Shown in pieces: positions 20,657 to 29,575 of a DNA stretch of 64,000 nt (the first letter of the stretch is position 1; every line of letters starts with the position of its first letter). The notes below the pieces were generated by a model that was given only the letters and a program-made list of their open reading frames with translations, was not told the origin of the DNA and ran no database searches. The position numbers and the translations under genes are program-made. Source of the stretch: Anaerolineae bacterium (GTDB lineage Bacteria; Chloroflexota; Anaerolineae; UBA1429). Location: NCBI GenBank assembly GCA_963675785.1, contig OY776562.1:192001-256000 (forward strand), written 5' to 3'.

Positions 20657-21069
20657 TATTGCCTCACCGCGTCTTTGCCCACGAGTTCCTGGCTTTTGTC
20701 GCTCATACCAAAACGTTGCAAAAAGCGCTCAAAGTCGTTGCGGCTCCAGAGTCGCACATTGACTTTGGGATAGAGCTCTTTGAGCCTGGCCAGCTTGCGC
20801 TTTTTGACGCGCATCAGCTTGGGGCGCAGGGTCGTCAGCTCGACAAAGAGTTCCTCTTGAACCAGATAAAAATCGGGCGCAAAAGCCTCAGTAACAACCA
20901 TGTTCTCATCCCACTCTAGGGGAAAGGTTACAGGTTCGTATTGCCACTCGATGCCGTAAAAATCGAGAACGCGGGCAAGTTCCTGTTCACTGGGATGGGA
21001 GAAAACAATCTCCTCCGCCGTTCTGGGAGAGTGCTTGATTGGGCGGGGCCTGGCAGGATCATCAGGCAT
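20656..21069 (-). CDS. Hypothetical protein with PD-(D/E)XK nuclease-like signature
   Basis: SEQELARVLD...WQYEP...FAPDFYL...FVELT; GAGG RBS before ATG 21069; stop overlaps the hpt ATG. Confidence 0.65.
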   Translation of the reverse strand: MPDDPARPRPIKHSPRTAEEIVFSHPSEQELARVLDFYGIEWQYEPVTFPLEWDENMVVTEAFAPDFYLVQEELFVELTTLRPKLMRVKKRKLARLKELYPKVNVRLWSRNDFERFLQRFGMSDKSQELVGKDAVRQ

Positions 21070-21100
21070 TGCATTTCCTCGTTTGTCTGTAATCAAATTC

Positions 21101-21169
21101 ATTATAGCCTGCGTGGAGGCTCCGTCAACGTACATACCGCTTGGAGAGGGGCATCAATCCCTTTATAAT
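21101..21169. promoter_or_regulatory. Divergent sigma70-type promoters
   Basis: Minus strand TTGACG-N16-TATAAT (21128..21101); plus strand TTGGAG-N17-TATAAT (21141..21169). Confidence 0.6.
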
Positions 21170-21200
21170 GCCGCATACGTTTCCCATTCTGGAGGTAGGG

Positions 21201-22271
21201 ATGATCGAGCGAGTCGTCGAAGGCAATCGAACCAGTATTCTACTCTCAACAGACGGTCAAGAGGTCAGCCGTGCCTCTGTGCTCGATCTGCAAATGCGCG
21301 TTGGCAATATTCCTGTGCGGTTGGGAGGTATTGCTGGCGTAAGCACTGAGCGTGAGCATCGTGGCAAGGGTTATTCACGTCAGGTGCTCAATGAATGCCT
21401 GGCCTTTCAGCAAGAGGCAGGGTTCGATCTTTCGGCCCTTTTCGGCATTCCCGATTATTATCCCAAATACGGCTATGCTTCGGCGTTCATGGAGGCTGCT
21501 GCCGAGGTCAGGTTGCGCTATGCTGAGAGAGCCCAAATCGTCTATGCAACGCGCCCCATGGTTTCTGAGGATTTACCTGTCATTCGCGCCATTTATAATC
21601 AGATGACTAAGGCTCGAACCGCTACGCTGGTGCGCGAGGATGATTGGACTGGATTTCGGCGTGGTTCAGACTGGAAGAGCCGTTTCGCCGTCGAGATGAT
21701 CGTAGATGGAAACATTGTCCTTGGTTATATGCTCTATGAGCAAAACCTTTGGCAGTGCGATCTCATCGAGGCGGGATATGTAGGCCCTAAAGTGTTTAGC
21801 ACGATGCTCGCTCTGATGGCGCGCGACGCTCTCGAAAAGCGCATAGACACCATCAAGGTGTTTGCTGCTCCGGATGATTCTTTTCTGGCCTATTGCCGGC
21901 GTTATGGCTATCGCCTGAATATCGACTATCCGGCTCAGGCTTCGGGCATGGCTCGTGTCATTAACCAGTCCAACCTGCTACATAAAATGGAACCACTTTT
22001 CAGCCAGCGCCTACAGCAGGCTGGTTGTGAGTGGGCTGGCAAGCTGGTGGTAGAGACGGACCTGGGCACCGATCAGCTCGATTTGGGCCCCAATGACACA
22101 AGAACTTTGCGAGTGCCCCAGTGGATGTTGGCTCAGCTCGTGTTAGGATATCGTTCAGTGGAGGATGCTGCCTTTGAGACGGAGGCTGAGATTGCCAAAG
22201 AAGATCTGCCGATTCTGGACATTCTCTTCCCCGAGGGCTTTCCTTACATGTGGATCACCGACCATTTTTAA
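21201..22271 (+). CDS. GNAT acetyltransferase, Eis-like multidomain
   Basis: GGIAGVSTEREHRGKGY acetyl-CoA motif; LFGIPDYYPKYGY; GGAGGT RBS. Confidence 0.8.
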   Translation: MIERVVEGNRTSILLSTDGQEVSRASVLDLQMRVGNIPVRLGGIAGVSTEREHRGKGYSRQVLNECLAFQQEAGFDLSALFGIPDYYPKYGYASAFMEAAAEVRLRYAERAQIVYATRPMVSEDLPVIRAIYNQMTKARTATLVREDDWTGFRRGSDWKSRFAVEMIVDGNIVLGYMLYEQNLWQCDLIEAGYVGPKVFSTMLALMARDALEKRIDTIKVFAAPDDSFLAYCRRYGYRLNIDYPAQASGMARVINQSNLLHKMEPLFSQRLQQAGCEWAGKLVVETDLGTDQLDLGPNDTRTLRVPQWMLAQLVLGYRSVEDAAFETEAEIAKEDLPILDILFPEGFPYMWITDHF

Positions 22272-22282
22272 GCCGATAGAAG

Positions 22283-22318
22283 AAAGGGGCTCTGGTTTTC
22301 GCCAGAGCCCCTTTTTTT
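22283..22318. terminator. Bidirectional intrinsic terminator
   Basis: AAAGGGGCTCTGG-loop-CCAGAGCCCCTTTTTTT between convergent genes. Confidence 0.85.
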
Positions 22319-24779
22319 ATCCACGCATTTCAGCGTTGTATTCGCTGGCCAGTTTCTTGAGGATGCGCGCGCGTGCGCTTGCAGTTTGCTTACTCGTGAG
22401 TGTCTTATCGGAGGATTGGAAAGTCAGGTTATAGGCCAGGCTCTTTTTCCCTTTGCCAACCTGTTCTCCGCGGTACACATCAAAGAGCACGGCATCTACA
22501 AGTAGGTTGCCACCAGTTTCGATGATGGTTCGGATGATGGCATCGCTGGGTACGTCGTCATCCACCACCACGGCAATATCTTCTTTGAGTGCCGGCATAG
22601 GCGAGATATCATTGGTCTTGGGCCACAGTACGGCCTCTTCGATGAGCACACTCATGTCCAGTTCAGCCAGGCAAACACGGCGCTCTCCCAGATCGAACGC
22701 TGTGGCTACCAGTGGGTGCAGTTCTCCGGCGACACCGAGCTGCTTGCCGTGGATGCTGATCGAGCAGGCACGGCCCGGGCGTAGTGTGGGATGGTCGATA
22801 GGTTCATAAATGGCATCCTCGATACCCAGGTGGTCGCATAGTGTCTCGATGACGCCCTTGATGTCGTAGAAATCCACTGGTTTGGATGCCGTCGTCAACC
22901 AAGAGCGCTCTTCACGCGGGCCCGTCAGGGCGATGCTGATGCGCGTAGGCTCGCTGGGTAGATGGTAATCCACTCTCGGCAGATAGACATGGGCCAGCTC
23001 GTAAATGGCTACACGATCTACAAAGCGCAAGTTACGGGCTACCGTCTCCAAGGTGGTGTTCATCAGCGTCTGGCGCAAGAACTCTCGCTCGGGTGTCTGG
23101 GGGTTGGCCACGGCGATAAAATCTTCTGCCTTGGGCTTGGGACCTTTGGGATCCAGCGCAGCAATGCTCTTGAGGTTTGTCAGCGAATAAGAGATGGTTT
23201 CTGTCAGGCCGCAGCCTGCAAGGATGTCGCGCGTTCGCTCTTCAACTTGGATCTCGCGATTGGTGCGCTGAATAGGAAGCTCTTCATCAATGAGTGTTGA
23301 GGGCAGACGATCATAGCCATACATCCGGGCAACTTCTTCGATGAGATCCGCCTTGAGGGTGACATCAAAGCGGAAACTCGGCACGGTTACACGTACCACG
23401 TCATCCGAGGGGATAGTGCAGCTAAAACCCAGCTTTACCAGCATTTCGGCGATGGTTTTTGTCTCCAGCACGATGCCGAGAAGGCGCTTGACTTCATCCT
23501 TGGGCAAGTCGATGGTGAGCAGCTCTTTTTTGCCAGGGTATTCGTCGACGACGCCGCTGCAGACGGTTCCGCTCGCATAAAGGCGCATGAGCTCGGATGT
23601 ATAGTAAAGTACGGGCAAGGTGAGTTCAGGATCTACACCTCGGCCAAAGCGGATGGATGACTCGCTGGGTATTTTCAAGGCAGCAGATGTTTTGCGCACG
23701 CTAATGAACTCGAAATTGGCCGACTCAATCAGCACATCGACGGTGTCGTCGCTGATCTCGCTCTGCAAGCCGCCCATCACACCAGCGACGGCCAACGGGC
23801 CCTCAGTGTCGGTGATCAATAGCATTTCGTCGTTGAACTTGCGCACGACGTCATCGAGGGTAGTCATGGCTTCACCCTGCTTGGCCCTGCGTACGGTGAT
23901 GGTGGGTTCATTGCCATCGGCTCTGCTTTGCAGGGTGCGATAGTCAAAGGCGTGCAGCGGTTGCCCCCATTCGAGCATGACATAGTTGGTAATGTCGACG
24001 ACGTTGTTGATGGGGCGCATGCCCGCCATCGTCAGCCGGCGCTGCATCCATTCGGGCGAAGGGCCGATTTTGACGTTTTTGACCAGCGCAACGCTGTAGC
24101 GCGGGCAGAGATCAGGGTCCTGAATTTCGACATTGATCTGCCCCTCAATGCTTTCTCCGCCTATCTTTACTGCGGGGACGGGGACGTTAAAGGGCGAATC
24201 CGTCAACGCTGCTGCCTCTCTGGCTGTGCCGATGATGGAAAAGCAGCGTGCCAGATTGGGCGTCAGATCCAGATCGAACACGTAATCTCCCCAGTAGTCG
24301 GCAAAAGGCGTGCCGGTAGGGGCGTCGTTGGGCAGAATGATGATACCCTCGTGAGCATCCGAGATACCCAGTTCTTTCTCTGAGCAGACCATGCCTTGAG
24401 AAAGGATGCCGCGAATCTTGGATGGTTTGAGGGTAATATATCTGAACGTGTCCGAGTGACCGTCGATGAGGTGGGCACCGTTGGTTGCAAAGACGACCTT
24501 TTGTCCTGCGTCTCCGATGTGCAAATTGGGAGCACCGGTTACAACCTCGATCGGCTCGTCCTGACCGTATTCAACTGTAACAAGAACTAGTCGGTCGGCA
24601 TTGGGGTGCTGCCTTACCGAGACAACCTCACCTACAAAGATGGTTTTGCGGTCCCATTTGGCGCCAATATCTTCAATGCTTTTGACCTCAAGGCCTCCAA
24701 GTGTAAGGCGTTCGGCGAGCTCTTCTATATCAACTTTGGGCTGCACGAACTCTTGCAGCCAACCAAGCGGTACTAGCAT
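22317..24779 (-). CDS. pheT: Phenylalanine--tRNA ligase beta subunit
   Basis: HPNADRL, TPNLAR, RPINNVVDITNYVMLEWGQPLHAFD; C-terminal FDX-ACB domain (GKKSLAY). Confidence 0.97.
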   Translation of the reverse strand: MLVPLGWLQEFVQPKVDIEELAERLTLGGLEVKSIEDIGAKWDRKTIFVGEVVSVRQHPNADRLVLVTVEYGQDEPIEVVTGAPNLHIGDAGQKVVFATNGAHLIDGHSDTFRYITLKPSKIRGILSQGMVCSEKELGISDAHEGIIILPNDAPTGTPFADYWGDYVFDLDLTPNLARCFSIIGTAREAAALTDSPFNVPVPAVKIGGESIEGQINVEIQDPDLCPRYSVALVKNVKIGPSPEWMQRRLTMAGMRPINNVVDITNYVMLEWGQPLHAFDYRTLQSRADGNEPTITVRRAKQGEAMTTLDDVVRKFNDEMLLITDTEGPLAVAGVMGGLQSEISDDTVDVLIESANFEFISVRKTSAALKIPSESSIRFGRGVDPELTLPVLYYTSELMRLYASGTVCSGVVDEYPGKKELLTIDLPKDEVKRLLGIVLETKTIAEMLVKLGFSCTIPSDDVVRVTVPSFRFDVTLKADLIEEVARMYGYDRLPSTLIDEELPIQRTNREIQVEERTRDILAGCGLTETISYSLTNLKSIAALDPKGPKPKAEDFIAVANPQTPEREFLRQTLMNTTLETVARNLRFVDRVAIYELAHVYLPRVDYHLPSEPTRISIALTGPREERSWLTTASKPVDFYDIKGVIETLCDHLGIEDAIYEPIDHPTLRPGRACSISIHGKQLGVAGELHPLVATAFDLGERRVCLAELDMSVLIEEAVLWPKTNDISPMPALKEDIAVVVDDDVPSDAIIRTIIETGGNLLVDAVLFDVYRGEQVGKGKKSLAYNLTFQSSDKTLTSKQTASARARILKKLASEYNAEMRG

Positions 24780-24800
24780 GGTTTGTCCTCCACTCTGCGG

Positions 24801-25829
24801 TTAGTTGAACTGCGTCAAGAAACGAAGATCGTTACTATAGAACATGCGGATGTCAGAGATGCCGTGTCGAAGCATGGCAATACGCTCGGGGCCCATACCC
24901 AGGGCAAAACCAGAATAGACATCGGGATCATATCCGCCGTTGCGCAGCACATTGGGATGAATCATGCCGCAGCCCATAATCTCTAACCAACCGGTATGCT
25001 TGCACAGCGAGCAGCCCGTTCCGCCACAGAGAATGCAATCCATGTCGGCTTCTGCGCTCGGTTCGGTGAATGGAAAATAACTGGCACGAAAACGCAATTT
25101 GCGATCGGCACCAAACATCTGCCGGGCAAAGTTCTCAATAACTCCACGAAGGTCGCCCATGGTAATGCCTTTGCCGACCACAATCCCCTCGACCTGCTGG
25201 AACATGAACTCGGAGCGCGAGGTGACTTGCTCAAAGCGATAGCATTTGCCTGGCAAAATGGCGCGAATGGGCTCGGGATAGTATTTTTTCATCGTGCGCA
25301 CCTGGCCTGGCGAGGTGTGAGTGCGCAGCAGTACATCCGGGTTTGTGGTGTAAAAGGTATCCTGCATATCGCGCGCCGGATGGTGCGGCGGAAAGTTGAG
25401 CAGTTGAAAGTTGGTCAAGTCATCCTCAACCTCGGGCGTTCGTTCAATCTCAAAGCCCATTTGACCAAAGATGTCATAGATGTCGCGCAGTGTCTGGTTG
25501 ATGATGTGAACGTTGCCCAACTGCTGAGGACGCCCTGGCAGACGTACATCGATGGCATCTGCGGCCAGGCTGGCCTCGAGCGCTTTTTGCTTGAGTTCGT
25601 TTTGTCTGGCATCAAAGAGGGCTTGTAATTCCTCCTTGACTTGATTGGCCAGCTGGCCTGCCTGGGGGCGTTCCTCTGCCGACAACTGTCCCAGACCCCT
25701 TAGCAGCTGGGTAAGCTGTCCCTTTCGCCCCAGTACCTGCTGGCGCCATTCTTCCAGTAGCTGCGCATCGACCATTTCAGCCAATTCGCTGGCTGCCTTG
25801 CTGCGCAATGCTTCAAGTTCGCTAATCAT
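24801..25829 (-). CDS. pheS: Phenylalanine--tRNA ligase alpha subunit
   Basis: HPARDMQDTFY, LRTHTSPGQ, RASYFPFTEPS, GMGPERIAM. Confidence 0.97.
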   Translation of the reverse strand: MISELEALRSKAASELAEMVDAQLLEEWRQQVLGRKGQLTQLLRGLGQLSAEERPQAGQLANQVKEELQALFDARQNELKQKALEASLAADAIDVRLPGRPQQLGNVHIINQTLRDIYDIFGQMGFEIERTPEVEDDLTNFQLLNFPPHHPARDMQDTFYTTNPDVLLRTHTSPGQVRTMKKYYPEPIRAILPGKCYRFEQVTSRSEFMFQQVEGIVVGKGITMGDLRGVIENFARQMFGADRKLRFRASYFPFTEPSAEADMDCILCGGTGCSLCKHTGWLEIMGCGMIHPNVLRNGGYDPDVYSGFALGMGPERIAMLRHGISDIRMFYSNDLRFLTQFN

Positions 25830-25864
25830 GTGGCTGTCTCCTCAAAATGGTTCGAGATCGGTAG

Positions 25865-26140
25865 ACACAAAAAAGACCGCTTCGTTTGGGACGAAGCAGT
25901 CAAAACTCCGCGGTACCACCCATATTGGCCGTCATAAACGACCCTCTCTTATCCGATAGCGTAACGGCCACCGGTCTCTCTGTAACGCAGAGAATGCGGA
26001 GCAACCTACACACCTGCAAGCAAGCTTCAGCTGTCGGCTCGGGAGCGAATTGGTGACGAGTTTCGACTCGAGAGGACTTGCAGTCCGGTGGTCCTCTCTC
26101 CCTGTAGAGTCTGGCCCCGCCTGTTCTCCGTCAAGGCCTT
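25865..26140 (-). ncRNA. T-box riboswitch (Phe) leader of pheST
   Basis: Minus strand AATATGGGTGGTACCGCG T-box (25926..25909); terminator hairpin and U-tract at 25901..25869; AGAGA box; candidate specifier TTC at 26049..26047. Confidence 0.88.
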
Positions 26141-26158
26141 TTTTTCTCTTTGAGACTA

Positions 26159-26187
26159 ACTATAGAATTGCATGCCAAAAGTGTCAA
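26159..26187 (-). promoter_or_regulatory. sigma70 promoter of the T-box/pheST transcript
   Basis: TTGACA-N17-TATAGT on the minus strand. Confidence 0.75.
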
Positions 26188-26191
26188 GTAG

Positions 26192-27508
26192 CTAGTCTTC
26201 GATAAGGTCTGGCATGCCCACCAAATCGTACTCCTGGGCCTCGATGATTCTGACGGGCAGCATAGCTCCGATAGGTAGCTCTATGGGGATGAGCACCAAT
26301 CCATCTATCTCGGGCGCATCACGGTAAGATCGGGCCAGTGAGATGCCGTCTTCAACGTCATCTACCAATACTTCTATGTATTCGCCTACCAGGCTCTTGT
26401 TCTTTGCCAATGATATCTCTTGCTGAAGCGACATGACTTCTGCAAGTCGCTCTTTCTTGATTTCGTCTGGGAGGGGATCGCCCATTTCATATGCTGGTGT
26501 GCCCTCTTCGCGAGAATAGATAAAGGCTCCCATGCGATCGAGCTTGAGCTCGCGAATCATGGCAAGCAGGTTCTCAAAAGCCTGCTCAGTCTCATTGGGA
26601 AACCCCACGATAAAGGTAGTGCGCAGGGCCACATTGGGTATTGCCAGACGAATATCACCGATAAGCTTGCGAACTGCATCGACATCATCGGGGCGACGCA
26701 TGGCTCGCAATACACTAGCATCACCGTGCTGCAAGGGCAGGTCCAGGTAATTCACTACTTGTTGCTGACGGGCAACGGTCTCGATGAGACGTGGCGTGAT
26801 ATCCTGTGGATAGGTATACAAAATACGTAGCCAGGGCAGCTCAGGCACAGCCTCGCATATGGCATCCAACAGATCGGGGAGACCATCTTTCATGCCCAGA
26901 TCGCGCCCATAGGCAGTGGTGTTCTGAGCAATGAGCACGATTTCTTGCGCACCCTGCTCATAGAGTTCGATGGCTTCGCGTATAATCTGATCTATCGGCT
27001 TGCTTTGCTGTTTTCCCTTGATGAGGGGGATGGCGCAATAGGCACACGCGGCGTTGCAACCATCGGCAATCTTGAGATAGGCACTGGCGAAGGGATTAGC
27101 GCGCTGTACACTGTGAACTAGATTGCCCTCATCAGAGACACGGGTTACTTGTGCCTTGCTCTTATCCAGGGCACGAACGATGCTGCCGATGTCGCTCCAG
27201 GTGCGCGTGCCAATAACTGCATCAAGACCGGAAACGCGGCCGTACAAGCGTTCGGCATAGCGTTGTGATAGACAGCCAGCAGCGACGAGCTTTTGCCCGG
27301 GTTTCTTCCTCCGGGCAAGCTCTCTCAACAACTCGTAAGATTCTTCGCGCGCAGGGGCAATAAAAGCGCAGGTGTTGACAACGAGCAGGTCGGCTTCTTC
27401 AGGCGAGTCAACGCCGACCAGTCCCTCTTGCGTAAGAAGCTGCCCCATCATCTCTGAATCCACTTCGTTTTTGGGGCAGCCCAGTGTTTCTATGTAATAG
27501 GTTTTCAT
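26192..27508 (-). CDS. rimO: Ribosomal protein S12 methylthiotransferase RimO
   Basis: LGCPKNEVDSE, AYLKIADGCNAACAYCAIP, DAPEIDG. Confidence 0.95.
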   Translation of the reverse strand: MKTYYIETLGCPKNEVDSEMMGQLLTQEGLVGVDSPEEADLLVVNTCAFIAPAREESYELLRELARRKKPGQKLVAAGCLSQRYAERLYGRVSGLDAVIGTRTWSDIGSIVRALDKSKAQVTRVSDEGNLVHSVQRANPFASAYLKIADGCNAACAYCAIPLIKGKQQSKPIDQIIREAIELYEQGAQEIVLIAQNTTAYGRDLGMKDGLPDLLDAICEAVPELPWLRILYTYPQDITPRLIETVARQQQVVNYLDLPLQHGDASVLRAMRRPDDVDAVRKLIGDIRLAIPNVALRTTFIVGFPNETEQAFENLLAMIRELKLDRMGAFIYSREEGTPAYEMGDPLPDEIKKERLAEVMSLQQEISLAKNKSLVGEYIEVLVDDVEDGISLARSYRDAPEIDGLVLIPIELPIGAMLPVRIIEAQEYDLVGMPDLIED

Positions 27509-27527
27509 CCTGTAAAAAAAGTCCTGT

Positions 27528-28331
27528 CTAGCTATCAGGCCCAAATGTTAAATTGACGACCTGCCCCGATTCTCCAGGGATGCCTCTGTCGGTTCCGTTG
27601 ACAATCAACGTAACTCCGCCGGCGTTGCCCAGATTTAGCTCGATCTCGGATTCAGCCGAATATTCGATGCTGGCTCCCGGTTGCAACGTGCCGCTAAATA
27701 CTGTTTCGCCATCCACAACTACCTCAGTCCAGCATTCAACCTGAGCGTTTAAGATGATGCTCACGGCTGCCACGGTTTTCTCGGGAGTAGGTGTAGCACT
27801 TGGTGGGGTTGCAGTAGCCCTTGCGCTCCGAGTTGGTGCAGCAGTGGTAGCCGGCAAGGCAGTCGACTCGGTTGTTGGCTCGCTCGATGGAGCAACAGTG
27901 GCCTGCGGGGTGCTCGCCATACGAAAGATGTCCAGTGGGTCAGTGCCCAGATAGAAATAAGAAAAGGCGCTCCAGGCCGCAAAGAGCACTGCAATACCTA
28001 AAATGACCCCGACGATGCTACGGTTAGTATGGCGATGTGAACGGCCATGATCCACAATAGGCTCGTCGAGTTGGGAAAAGACATCGGGTGCGCCCAATCC
28101 GGGATGCAGCTGTGCGAACTCTGTCAGGTTCTGTTCTACATCCAAACCCAAAAAGCTGGCATAGTTTTTAACCAGCCCTCTTGCGTATGGCTCCTCGGGG
28201 AGTTTATCCCATTGCTCATCCTCTAGTGCCCGCAAAAAAGATTCGCGGATATAGAGGGCGTGGGCTACCTCGTCGAGTTTGAGTCCTCTTTTTAGCCTTG
28301 CACTGCGGAACCTCTCTCCAAAATCAGTCAC
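27528..28331 (-). CDS. rodZ: RodZ-like protein (HTH, one TM helix, T/A/P linker, DUF4115)
   Basis: N-terminal HTH ...YARGLVKNYASFLGLD; one TM; LGNAGGV; rodZ-rimO synteny. Confidence 0.85.
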   Translation of the reverse strand: MTDFGERFRSARLKRGLKLDEVAHALYIRESFLRALEDEQWDKLPEEPYARGLVKNYASFLGLDVEQNLTEFAQLHPGLGAPDVFSQLDEPIVDHGRSHRHTNRSIVGVILGIAVLFAAWSAFSYFYLGTDPLDIFRMASTPQATVAPSSEPTTESTALPATTAAPTRSARATATPPSATPTPEKTVAAVSIILNAQVECWTEVVVDGETVFSGTLQPGASIEYSAESEIELNLGNAGGVTLIVNGTDRGIPGESGQVVNLTFGPDS

Positions 28332-28361
28332 TTTGAGCCTTTCCCAAGCAGTTCACATGCG

Positions 28362-28452
28362 AATATACATTTGAGATGTGGGCATGTCAAAGAGACAATT
28401 AATTCAGAGTCTGCGAAGCATGATTGACACCAATTTGGGCAAAGACTATACT
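28362..28452. promoter_or_regulatory. Divergent sigma70 promoters (rodZ and chelatase-like operon)
   Basis: Minus TTGACA-N17-TATATT (28390..28362); plus TTGACA-N17-TATACT (28424..28452). Confidence 0.7.
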
Positions 28453-28480
28453 CACTTGGCTATTATGGGGGAAGATGATC

Positions 28481-29575
28481 ATGTTTCAGGTATTTCCGTT
28501 TACTGCTATTGTTGGTCAGGATAGAATGAAGCGCGCGCTGATATTGAATGCTGTCAGCCCGCAAATTGGTGGCGTACTCATCCGGGGTGAGCGTGGTACT
28601 GCCAAGTCGACAGCAGCCCGAGCGTTGGCTGATTTGTTGCCGGATATCGAGGTTGTTGTTGGTTGCCCGTTTGGTTGCAGCCCGACGGATCCGACACAAA
28701 TGTGCGATCATTGTGCGGCAGAGTTTGCTCTCAAGGGCGAATTGCCTTCAGAGGTGCGCCAAACGCGTTTTGTTAACCTGCCAGTGTCGGCAACTGAGGA
28801 TCGTGTTGTTGGGACGTTGGATTTGGAACAAGCCATCAAACATGGTGAGCGCCAATTTGATCCTGGTGTGTTAGCTTTGGCTAATCGTGGCCTACTCTAT
28901 GTGGACGAAATCAACCTTTTGGATGATCACGTGGTCGATCTACTCCTTGATTCGGCGGCTATGGGCGTGAATGTTGTTGAACGAGAGGGCATCTCCTTCT
29001 CACACCCGTCGCGTTTCATCCTGGTGGGCACAATGAATCCTGAAGAAGGCGAGCTTCGCCCCCAGTTGTTGGACCGTTTTGCCCTCTGTGTCGATATTCA
29101 GGGCATAGCTGATGCCACCGCCCGTGTAGAGATTCTTGAGCGGCGTTTGCAGTATGAACTATCTCCTGAGGCATTCTACGAGTTATGGAAGCCAGAGGAA
29201 GATGCGATAACTGAGCGCATTCGTCGAGCACAAGAGCTTTTGCCCCGTGTGCGCTATGATCGTGCTGATCTTTACAGCATTGCTGAACTTACCTCCGAGC
29301 TTTCCATTGATGGCCATCGTGCTGATATCGTGATTCTCAAAACTGCCATTGCTCAAGCTGCTTATGATGGTCGTACTGCTATCACGGCCGCCGATATTTT
29401 AACTGCTGCAGAGCTGGCGTTGCCTCATAGACTTCAGCGGGATCCGTTCTCGGACGCTGAAATTCAAGTACAAGATCTCGAAGATAGGCTTCGTAAAGCC
29501 CGTCAGTTCATCTCTGAACCCTCTACACGTACCTCATCTGAGGGCTCGGGGCGCGGCCAAAAAAAAACAATCTAG
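28481..29575 (+). CDS. Mg/Co-chelatase ChlI/BchI-like AAA+ subunit (zero-frame product)
   Basis: FPFTAIVGQ, GERGTAKST, ATEDRVVGTLD, LYVDEINLLDD, NPEEGELRPQLLDRF; start could instead be 28475. Confidence 0.9.
   Translation: MFQVFPFTAIVGQDRMKRALILNAVSPQIGGVLIRGERGTAKSTAARALADLLPDIEVVVGCPFGCSPTDPTQMCDHCAAEFALKGELPSEVRQTRFVNLPVSATEDRVVGTLDLEQAIKHGERQFDPGVLALANRGLLYVDEINLLDDHVVDLLLDSAAMGVNVVEREGISFSHPSRFILVGTMNPEEGELRPQLLDRFALCVDIQGIADATARVEILERRLQYELSPEAFYELWKPEEDAITERIRRAQELLPRVRYDRADLYSIAELTSELSIDGHRADIVILKTAIAQAAYDGRTAITAADILTAAELALPHRLQRDPFSDAEIQVQDLEDRLRKARQFISEPSTRTSSEGSGRGQKKTI
29559..29567 (+). other. A9 slippery site (putative -1 programmed frameshift or transcriptional slippage)
   Basis: CAA AAA AAA ACA ATC TAG in the ChlI frame; the -1 frame is open into the VWA ORF. 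Confidence 0.75.
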
